A stretch of DNA of 64,000 nt from Acidimicrobiales bacterium (lineage in GTDB: Bacteria > Actinomycetota > Acidimicrobiia > Acidimicrobiales > CAIXPF01), in assembly GCA_038255145.1 (NCBI GenBank), contig JBBSLP010000021.1:10491-74490 (forward strand), given 5' to 3'. The translations under genes and the position numbers were made by a program. The first letter of the stretch is position 1. Each line of letters begins with the position of its first letter. Positions 42,871-50,139 of the stretch are shown here, in pieces. The notes beneath the pieces are model-generated. The model searched no databases, had not been told where the DNA came from, and saw only the letters and a list, made by a program, of their open reading frames with translations.

Positions 42871-44427
42871 ATGGGTGAGCACGACGAGGCGGTGGCCGAT
42901 CTGCGGGACCGGGTCGACCGGGCCCGGACCGACATGGGCGGCGCCGACAAGGTCGCGAAGCTGCACGCCGAGGGCGACCGCACGGTGCGCGAGCACATCG
43001 ACGGCCTGCTCGACCCCGGCTCGTTCAACGAGCTCGGCACCCTGTCCCGCTCGCTGCGCCCCGAGGATCGCGACCGCACCCCCGGCGATGGCAAGATCGG
43101 CGGGCACGGCACCATCGACGGCCGGCCCGTGGCCGTGTTCGGCGACGACATCACCGTGCTGCGGGGCTCGTCCTCCATCGTCGGCACCCGCAAGGAGCAC
43201 CGCCTCTACGAGCGGGCCCTGGCCATGGGCATCCCCGTGGTCCACTTCGGGGAGACCGGCGGCGCCCGCATCCCCGACATCATGGGCTCCGAGGGCATCT
43301 CCGAGTCCGGGGGCCTGTTCGAGATGGCGGCGCGTCGCCACCGGGTGCCCATGGCCACGGCCATCGTGGGCCAGTCCTTCGGCGGGTCCTCGTTCCTGTC
43401 CGCGCTGTCTGACTTCGTCGTCATGACCCGGGGCTCGTGCCTGGCGGTCACCTCACCCCGGGTCTTCGAGGTGGCCACCGGGGAGATCATCACCTTCGAG
43501 GAGGTGGGTGGGGTCGACGTGCACGCCCGCACCACCGGCCAGATCGACCTGGGGGTCGACACCGACGAGGAAGCCTACGAAGCCATCCGCCGCTGGCTGT
43601 CCTTCATGCCCTCCAACGCCTGGGAGCCGGCGCCCCGCGTCGAGTCCACGGGCAGCTTCGATCCCGACCCCGGGTTGGGCGACCTGGTGCCGGCGCGGCG
43701 CACCCGGGGCTACGACGTGCGCAAGGTCGTGGCCCGCATCTGCGACCCCGACTCGGTGTTCGAGCTCCAGCCCTTCTACGCCCGCTCGGTGGTGTCCGCC
43801 CTCGGTCGCATCGACGGCTGGCCGGTCGGGGTGATCGCCAACAACCCCATGGTCAACGCCGGTGTGCTCGACCCCGAGGCCTGCCACAAGATCATCCGTC
43901 TCATGACGGTGTGCGACGCCTACAACCTGCCCGTCGTCTTCCTCGTCGACGTCCCCGGCTTCATGGTCGGGCGTCGGGTCGAGCACGACCGCATGCTGCA
44001 CATGGGCATGCGCATGATGTCGGCCCTGCAGATGGCCACCACCCCGACATTGACCGTGTGCCTGCGCAAGGCCTTCGGGCTGGCCTGGCAGGCCATGAAC
44101 GGGGCCATGATGCCGGCCCATGGCGTGTACGCCTGGCCCGGGGCCGAGATCGGCTTCATGGACCCTGCCGTCGGCGTGAACGTCGCCTACGGGACCAAGC
44201 TGGGCGCCATCCTCGACCCCGACGAACGCGAGGCCGAGCGCCTGCGCCTCGTCAGCGACGTCGGTGAGGCCACCTCGCCCTATGAGGCGGCGGGCACCAT
44301 GCGCATCGACGAGATCATCGACCCGGCCGACACAAGGGCCGTGCTCGCCCGCGATCTGGCCCAACTCGCCCACCGACGGGTGCCGCCGCCCGAGGCCCGG
44401 GCCCTGAGCTACTGGCCCACCAGCTGA
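42871..44427 (+). CDS. Acyl-CoA carboxylase carboxyltransferase (beta) subunit family protein
   Basis: …GKIGGHGTIDGRPVAVFGDDITVLRGS…GIPVVHFGETGGARIP…NLPVVFLVDVPGFMVG… GAGGGGAG lies upstream of the ATG. Confidence 0.9.
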   Translation: MGEHDEAVADLRDRVDRARTDMGGADKVAKLHAEGDRTVREHIDGLLDPGSFNELGTLSRSLRPEDRDRTPGDGKIGGHGTIDGRPVAVFGDDITVLRGSSSIVGTRKEHRLYERALAMGIPVVHFGETGGARIPDIMGSEGISESGGLFEMAARRHRVPMATAIVGQSFGGSSFLSALSDFVVMTRGSCLAVTSPRVFEVATGEIITFEEVGGVDVHARTTGQIDLGVDTDEEAYEAIRRWLSFMPSNAWEPAPRVESTGSFDPDPGLGDLVPARRTRGYDVRKVVARICDPDSVFELQPFYARSVVSALGRIDGWPVGVIANNPMVNAGVLDPEACHKIIRLMTVCDAYNLPVVFLVDVPGFMVGRRVEHDRMLHMGMRMMSALQMATTPTLTVCLRKAFGLAWQAMNGAMMPAHGVYAWPGAEIGFMDPAVGVNVAYGTKLGAILDPDEREAERLRLVSDVGEATSPYEAAGTMRIDEIIDPADTRAVLARDLAQLAHRRVPPPEARALSYWPTS

Positions 44428-44520
44428 GGCCGCGGACTCGCCGGGGTCGAGCTGGCCGAGCCCACTGAGCAGGTCCGATCTTCGCCGTCACCGACCCTGG
44501 GTGTTGGCTACGGTCAGCCC

Positions 44521-45345
44521 ATGACCACCGCCGAGGATTCCTACGAGCGGTTCCTGGCCCTGCACCACGGGCCGGGACCGCTGCTGCTGCCCAACCCGTG
44601 GGACGTGGGCTCGGCCAAGCTGATGGTGTCGCTGGGCTTCACCGCCCTGGCCACCACGAGCAGTGGTTTCGCGGCCACGCTGGGCCGACTCGACGGGTCG
44701 GTGACCAGGGACGAGGCCATCGACCACGCTGCTGCCCTCGTGGCTGCGGTCGACGTGCCCGTCTCCGCCGACCTGGAGAACGGCTTCGGTGACGACCCCG
44801 CTGCCGCGGCAGCCACCGTCGTCGCCGCCCTGGGCGTCGGACTGGCCGGGTGTTCCATCGAGGACTCCACCGGGCGCCGGGACGACCCCATCTACGACGC
44901 CGGCCTGGCCGCCGAACGGGTGGCCGCCGCGGCCCAGGCCGCCCACGGGGGCCCGCGCCGGCTGGTGCTGACGGCCCGGGCCGAGAACCTGCTGCACGGC
45001 AGGGACGACCTGGCCGACGCCATCGCCCGACTCCAGGCCTTCCAGGCCGCGGGGGCCGACGTGCTCTACGCCCCGGGCCTGAACCGCATCGAGGACGTCC
45101 GCGCCGTGGTCAGCGCGGTCGACCTGCCGGTCAACGTGTTGGCCCTGCCCGGTGGCCCGCCGGTGGCCGAGCTGGCCGGGGCCGGCGTGGCCCGCATCTC
45201 GGTGGGTGGGGCCTTTGCCTTCGCTGCCCTGGGCGCGGTGGTGGAAGCCGCCCGCGAGCTGCTCGACGAGGGGACCTACGGGTTCTGGGACCGGGCACGC
45301 GTCGGGTCCAAGGCGGCACGCACCGCCTTCGCCACGCCGACGTAG
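44521..45345 (+). CDS. Isocitrate lyase/PEP mutase superfamily protein (2-methylisocitrate-lyase / oxaloacetate-decarboxylase-like)
   Basis: …LLLPNPWDVGSAKLMVSLGFTALATTSSGFA…SADLENGFG…GCSIEDS…. Confidence 0.85.
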   Translation: MTTAEDSYERFLALHHGPGPLLLPNPWDVGSAKLMVSLGFTALATTSSGFAATLGRLDGSVTRDEAIDHAAALVAAVDVPVSADLENGFGDDPAAAAATVVAALGVGLAGCSIEDSTGRRDDPIYDAGLAAERVAAAAQAAHGGPRRLVLTARAENLLHGRDDLADAIARLQAFQAAGADVLYAPGLNRIEDVRAVVSAVDLPVNVLALPGGPPVAELAGAGVARISVGGAFAFAALGAVVEAARELLDEGTYGFWDRARVGSKAARTAFATPT

Positions 45346-45376
45346 CTCGAGGGAGGGTCAGCTCGAGGGAGGGTCA
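45345..45376. repeat. 16-bp perfect tandem duplication (GCTCGAGGGAGGGTCA, two copies)
   Basis: The copies are at 45345-45360 and 45361-45376, spanning the convergent gene ends. The second copy supplies the NIPSNAP stop codon. Confidence 0.9.
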
Positions 45377-45664
45377 GCCGAGGACGGGGTCGACCATGGC
45401 CAGGTGCATCTTGGCCACCCGGGAGGGCTGACCGGCGAAGACGGCGGCCCGCTCGGGTGAGGCGTTGTACACCTCGAACACGGCGTCGAAGTCACCGTCG
45501 TGGCTGACCACCCACACGAACTCGTTGCGCTCGCGGTCGGCGTAGGCCCCGGTGACCTTGAAGCCGTACTGCTCACGCACGGCGACGACCTGGGGGAACC
45601 ACTCGAGGAACGCGTCCATCTCGCCGGGGAGGATCTCGTAGCGGCGGAGCTGGGTGGTGGCCAT
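45374..45664 (-). CDS. NIPSNAP-family protein (96 aa)
   Basis: MATTQLRRYEILPGEMDAFLEWFPQVVAVREQYGFKVTGAY… ATG 45664 is preceded by GGAGG. Confidence 0.7.
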   Translation of the reverse strand: MATTQLRRYEILPGEMDAFLEWFPQVVAVREQYGFKVTGAYADRERNEFVWVVSHDGDFDAVFEVYNASPERAAVFAGQPSRVAKMHLAMVDPVLG

Positions 45665-45696
45665 GGGCCTGCCTCCGGATGGGTCGGGCTGGGGAC

Positions 45697-45735
45697 GGTC
45701 GGTGCTGCGGACGGACCCTATCCGCAGCACCGACC
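45697..45735 (-). terminator. Stem-loop downstream of secreted-protein paralog A
   Basis: GGTCGGTGCTGCGGA-cggacccta-TCCGCAGCACCGACC, a 15-bp perfect stem. Confidence 0.45.
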
Positions 45736-45757
45736 GCCGGGCCCGGGTCGCGGTGGC

Positions 45758-46279
45758 TCAGGTGGACGGGGTGGCATCGCCGTAGGCGCCGAGCAGGTCG
45801 ATGAAGACCTCGGTGGTGCCCACGGCGTTGAACACGTCGAACTTGCCCCCGACGAGGCCGACGATGGCCTGGTTGGCCGTGGTCTGGCCCGTGTCGAAGT
45901 TCACCGACGAGGTGCCGCCGGCCGGGGTGCCGGCGGGGAGCAGGGCGACGTAGCTGCGCTCGCTGGGGGCCTCGACGCCGACGTTGACGACGACGGCGTT
46001 GACGGTGAGGGGATCGAAGCCCGGTAGCAGGGCGGACACGTCGACCGTCAGCTTCTGACCGGGCCCGATCTTGGCCCTGACGCCACCGGTGCCCACCCCG
46101 GAGCGGGTGTCGAGGACACGGACGGGGGTGGTGGACGAGAACATGCTCGGTGGCCCCGGGTTGACCGTGGTCTGGGCCGACACGAGGGTGGCGCTACCGG
46201 CAGCGAGGACCGCGGCCGCCATCAGGCCTGCTGCTGCCATCCACCTACGTCGAGTGCTGTGCTGGTGCATGGGAAGCAT
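45758..46279 (-). CDS. Secreted hypothetical protein, paralog A (RVLDTR-motif family)
   Basis: Signal RRRWMAAAGLMAAAVLAAGSATLVSAQ, then …TPVRVLDTRSGVG…AVVVNVGVEAP…YVALLPAG…SSVNFDTGQTTANQAIV…FDVFNAVGTTEVFIDLLGAY. I recall no named family. Confidence 0.6.
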   Translation of the reverse strand: MLPMHQHSTRRRWMAAAGLMAAAVLAAGSATLVSAQTTVNPGPPSMFSSTTPVRVLDTRSGVGTGGVRAKIGPGQKLTVDVSALLPGFDPLTVNAVVVNVGVEAPSERSYVALLPAGTPAGGTSSVNFDTGQTTANQAIVGLVGGKFDVFNAVGTTEVFIDLLGAYGDATPST

Positions 46280-46334
46280 CCTCGCCCCGTGCGAGCGCTT
46301 TGCGTCGGTCTCGACGCGCAGGTCGGGACGCGAC

Positions 46335-46363
46335 GGAGGCCGCCGCACGGGGCGGCGGCCTCC
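46335..46363 (-). terminator. Stem-loop between the two secreted-protein paralogs
   Basis: GGAGGCCGCCGC-acggg-GCGGCGGCCTCC, a 12-bp perfect GC-rich stem, 16 nt after the paralog B stop. Confidence 0.5.
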
Positions 46364-46378
46364 AAGGCGATCGAGGGA

Positions 46379-46906
46379 TCAGACAGGGATGTTGCCGTAC
46401 ACACCAAGGAGGTCGATGAAGACCTCGGTGGTGCCCACGGAGTTGTAGACATCGAACTTGCCGTCCACGAGGGCGACGATGGCCTGGTTGGCCGTGGTCT
46501 GGCCGACGTCGAAGTTGACCGACGACGTGGTGCCCGCGGCGGCGCCCGCGGGGAGCAGGGCCACGTAGCTCTTGACCGTGGGGTTCTCGACGCCGACGTT
46601 GAGCACGACGGCGTTGGGGACGATGGGGGGGCTCGTGGTGCCGTAGGGCGCCAGCACGGCAGTCATGTCGACGGTGATCCTCTCACCAGGGCCGAGCTTG
46701 ACGCCGACGCCACCGGTCTGGCCGACGCCCGTGCGGGTGTCGAGCACGCGCACCGGGGTGGTGTTCGAGGAGAAGGTGCTGACGGGGCCGGGGGTCACGG
46801 TCGCCTGGGCGGAAACGACGGCCGCACCACCGACGCCCAGAGCCAGGGCGGTGGTCACTCCGGCAGCTGCCATCCACGCACGACGCTTGCTGTTCTTCTC
46901 GGTCAT
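46379..46906 (-). CDS. Secreted hypothetical protein, paralog B
   Basis: MTEKNSKRRAWMAAAGVTTALALGVGGAAVVSAQA, then the same core as paralog A (…TPVRVLDTRTGVG…YVALLPAG…SSVNFDVGQTTANQAIV…FDVYNSVGTTEVFIDLLGVY). Confidence 0.6.
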   Translation of the reverse strand: MTEKNSKRRAWMAAAGVTTALALGVGGAAVVSAQATVTPGPVSTFSSNTTPVRVLDTRTGVGQTGGVGVKLGPGERITVDMTAVLAPYGTTSPPIVPNAVVLNVGVENPTVKSYVALLPAGAAAGTTSSVNFDVGQTTANQAIVALVDGKFDVYNSVGTTEVFIDLLGVYGNIPV

Positions 46907-46925
46907 GTGGTCCCTTCGGTTCACG

Positions 46926-46949
46926 GTCCGTGCCGGCGATGGCACGGAC
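46926..46949 (-). other. Stem-loop in the 5' leader of paralog B
   Basis: GTCCGTGCC-ggcgat-GGCACGGAC, a 9-bp stem ending about 20 nt upstream of ATG 46906. Its role (leader structure or terminator of the upstream gene) is unknown. Confidence 0.3.
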
Positions 46950-47076
46950 TGCTAACCGCGACAGTACCCACATCAGCGCACGGGCCATCACGTTCCGCGG
47001 GTCTTGCCGGGCCCGGCCCGGCGCGATCGGGCCCCGGTGAGATTGGCGATCGGTGCCCGTGGTCGTCGAGCCATCC

Positions 47077-47877
47077 TCAAGGCAGCCTGGCGCCCACAGC
47101 CGCTCCGACCTGGTCGGCGAGGGCCACGGCCACCAGACGATGGGCCAGGGGGGCGCCGACATCGGGCCGGGGGACGAGCACGAAACGGCCCACTGTGCGT
47201 CCCCGGTGCAGCACCGCCAGTTCTGCGCCCTGGGCGGGCAGCTCGAATCCCTCGCGGCCCTCGCGCAGGACCCCGCCGTCGCGGCGGATGGCTCCGTCGT
47301 GGCCCAGCTGCAACAGGGGAGGGCCGCAGGGTGCGGGCTCGAAGCGGCACGCCTCGAGGTCCAGGACAGCCCGCAGATCGGCCTCACCGGCTCGGATCAC
47401 GTCCTCCGGCGCTGCTCCCGAGGCGACGAGCTCGGCCAGGTGGTGGAGGCGACCGAGATCGGCGTGGCCCAACATCGCCTCCCGCTCCACCCGTCGGGCC
47501 CGTACGGCCATGGTGCCGACCACCAGGCCCACGGCCAGCAGCAGCAGCGCCGTCTCCGCGTCGTCGCCCGACGCCATGGCCAGCGACAGGAACGGCCGGG
47601 TGAAGAAGAAGTCGAAGGTCAGCACCGAGGTCATCGCGGCCAGCGCACCGGCACCCCGGCCGCCCACGGCGGCGGCCACCACCACGACGACCACCAGCAC
47701 CAGGGCCATGTTCGTGCTCACGACGTGCTCACGCAGGGGGACGATTAGGACGCCGGCGATGATCGGGAGCAGGCCGCCCATGGCCAGGCCAACCAGGCGC
47801 CCCGAGCTCTCGTCGCTGGGCGGTGACCCGCCAGCCACCCCGGTGTCCGTCGTCGGGTCGTTCGCCGTCAGGTCCAT
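47077..47877 (-). CDS. DUF4118 (KdpD-type sensor membrane domain) protein with a GAF/PAS-like C-terminal region and no kinase domain
   Basis: …PIIAGVLIVPLREHVVSTNMALVLVVVVVVAAAVGGRGAGALAAMTSVLTFDFFFTRPFLSL…LLLLAVGLVVGTMA…. Confidence 0.6.
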   Translation of the reverse strand: MDLTANDPTTDTGVAGGSPPSDESSGRLVGLAMGGLLPIIAGVLIVPLREHVVSTNMALVLVVVVVVAAAVGGRGAGALAAMTSVLTFDFFFTRPFLSLAMASGDDAETALLLLAVGLVVGTMAVRARRVEREAMLGHADLGRLHHLAELVASGAAPEDVIRAGEADLRAVLDLEACRFEPAPCGPPLLQLGHDGAIRRDGGVLREGREGFELPAQGAELAVLHRGRTVGRFVLVPRPDVGAPLAHRLVAVALADQVGAAVGARLP

Positions 47878-47920
47878 CGTCGACCTGTCGTAGTGCTGGG
47901 CCGGAGCGGGGTCCAGGGTC

Positions 47921-47940
47921 CTCTACGCGTTCTCTACGCG
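47921..47940. promoter_or_regulatory. Direct repeat CTCTACGCG-tt-CTCTACGCG (11-bp period) upstream of the DUF4118 gene
   Basis: The copies are at 47921-47929 and 47932-47940, about 45-60 nt upstream of the start at 47877, in the divergent region. Confidence 0.3.
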
Positions 47941-48003
47941 ACGTCCCCTGACCTTGGCGCGTCCTCGGCAGACGGCGGGACAGGTCGGTCCTACGGTGCC
48001 CTC

Positions 48004-48309
48004 GTGGACACGAACGACCTGCTCGAGTGGCCTGAGGACGAGTGGTGTGCGCTGGAGTTGCGCACCATCGCGAACCAACGCGGCCTGCGTCGACATCGGG
48101 GCCGGCAGGTGTGGTCGGCCGAGCTCCACGGCCCCGGTGCCACGTGCACGCTCTACTCCAGCCTGGCCTTCCCCGCCGGGGACGACGTCGCATCGGTCGC
48201 GGCCCGGCGGGCCATGGAACGGGTCCTGGTCCAGGCGGGCTGGCAGGTGCAGGGCCTGCACGCGGCGAGGGTCGACAGCCGAAGCCGTCGACCCTCGCTC
48301 ATCCCCTGA
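48004..48309 (+). CDS. Hypothetical protein (about 101 aa)
   Basis: GC3-rich frame from GTG 48004 (VDTNDLLEWPEDEWCALELRTIANQRGL…). I recognise no family. Confidence 0.3.
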   Translation: MDTNDLLEWPEDEWCALELRTIANQRGLRRHRGRQVWSAELHGPGATCTLYSSLAFPAGDDVASVAARRAMERVLVQAGWQVQGLHAARVDSRSRRPSLIP

Positions 48310-48362
48310 TCATCAGCTGGGCGGTCGTCCCGCCCGGCCGACGTGTCGCGTACCTGCGGGTA

Positions 48363-49957
48363 TCAGGACGTGCAGGTGCTGGCGGCCAGGTCCCAGGCGC
48401 AGTTGCCGGACTTCCCGTTCAGGTCGATGGCACCGCTCTGGTCGACCCAGCCCTGCTTGACCGAGTCGTACTGCTGGTACTTGCCGCCTTCGATGAAGTA
48501 GGCGTCGTCGTTGCCGTCCATGGCGAAGTTGATCCCCTCGAGGATCATCGGGTTCGTCATGTCGAGCGTGCGGATGGCGAGCATGAGGTTGCTCCGGGTC
48601 AGGCCGCCGGGCAGCTCACCGGCCACCTTCAGGCTCTGGACCACGGCGAAGGACCAGATCAGGCCACTGCCCAGCGAGCCCGAGGACTTCGGGTCGATGC
48701 CGGCGGCCTTGAGCAGGTCACGGCTCCACACGATGCAGGCGTCCGAATCGTTGGCCGCGTCGTTGAGGTCCTTGGCGCCGCCGTTGACGATCCACCAACC
48801 GTTGGTGACCGAGCCGTCGCCGCCGACCTTGTCCTTGCCCACGAAGCTCGATGCTGCGCAGACCGACGGCTGGAAGAGGTACTTGACGTCTTCCTTCATG
48901 CCGTTGGCGGCAGCCTCGGTGATGAGCTGGGTGCAGGCCGTGCCCGCCAACATGCCGATGAAGACGTCGGGGCTGTCAGCAGCCAGGGTGGTCATGGGGT
49001 CCGTCACCGTCGGGGCACCGGCCTCGATGGTCTCGGTCTTGTACTTGATGCGGTCCTTCAGCGGGCTCTGGGCCAGCCAGGCCCGGAAGCCGGCGTCGTA
49101 GGACTTGCCGAAGTCGGTGTTGATCTGAAGCGCAGCGACGGTGATGTCACCATCGCCGAACTCGGCGGCGTGCTCCTCGATGAAGTTGCCCCACAGCACC
49201 GCTTCGGTGTTGTAAGCGAGCTGCAGGCCCGTCGTCCACGGGTGGTTGACGGGATCGCCCCAGGCGGGGTGACCGCTCATCTCGAAGGGGTGGGGGATGC
49301 AGCGCTGGTTGAGCTTGTCGTACACCTTGAAGCCGTTGGCCGAGCCCAGGGTGATGAGGGCGAACACCTTGTCCGAGTCGATCAGCTCGTCGACCAGGGG
49401 CACGGTGCGGGCGGCGTCGTAGCCGTCGTCCTTGAAGATGTAGTTGACGCTGCGCGTCTTGCCGTTGCTGTCCTTGAAGAAGCCTTCGCCGCTGTAGTGC
49501 TTCAGCACCACGTCGAGGCCCTTGGCCACGTTGCCGTAGTCGGCGAACGTGCCCGACAGGGGGATGGCCTGGCCGATCTTGATCTCGGTGTCGGTCAGCC
49601 CCTCGGTGTTCGACCAGCCGGCGGGGCACGCCGCCAGTCGATCTCGAAGCCGCCGGGGCCGGTCACGGTCTTGCCGCCAGCCGAGGTGCCCCAACCGTTC
49701 TCCTTGATGCGGTCGAGGGCCTCCTGGCGCTGATCGGCCCACAGGTCCTCCCACTCGTCCATCGAGGTCGGGGCGGGCACGGTGGTCGTGGGACCGCCAG
49801 CCGTGGTCGACTCGGTGGCCGCCTTGACCCCTTCCTTGATGCCGGGGTCGACGGTTCCCGCCGTGGCTCCTTCATCGCTCGAGCCGCCGCAGCTGGCGGC
49901 CACGAGGGCCAGCCCCAGCAGCGCACAACCCATGACCTTCGTTCGTCTACCTCGCAA
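48363..49957 (-). pseudogene. Lipoprotein ABC substrate-binding protein paralog SBP-3 with a 1-nt frameshift near 49637
   Basis: The N-part (TTG 49957; RGRRTKVMGCALLGLALVAASC…GPGGFEID) is in the frame of ORF 49595..49957. The rest (AACPAGWSNTEGLTDTEIKIGQAIPLSG…KSGNCAWDLAASTC) is in the frame of ORF 48363..49754. Restoring one base in GAC(C)TGGCG would give …FEIDLAACPAGW…, as in the paralogs. Confidence 0.75.
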
Positions 49958-50012
49958 CTAACCCCTCCACATCTGATGCACCGGTGTGGCTGTGGCTCCA
50001 GTCACGGGGGCG

Positions 50013-50040
50013 GACGATAGTGGTCGGTCAATAGCGACAC
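50013..50040. promoter_or_regulatory. Two adjacent GAC-(G/A)ATAG-type motifs upstream of SBP-3
   Basis: GACGATAGTGGTC is at 50013-50025 and GTCAATAGCGACAC at 50027-50040. GACGATAGT is identical to the reverse-strand reading of the SBP-1 palindrome, and ATAGCGACAC is close to the ATAGTGACAC of SBP-4. Confidence 0.3.
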
Positions 50041-50076
50041 AGGTCACCACGGCGGGCTCGCGGCCCGGACGCGACC

Positions 50077-50105
50077 AGGGGCCGACGGCGTCGCCGTCGG
50101 CCCCT
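50077..50105 (-). terminator. Stem-loop downstream of SBP-4
   Basis: AGGGGCCGACGGCG-t-CGCCGTCGGCCCCT, a 14-bp perfect inverted repeat, 35 nt after the SBP-4 stop. Confidence 0.45.
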
Positions 50106-50139
50106 GTCTCACCGCTTCATCGTCCCTGCAGGGTGGAGG

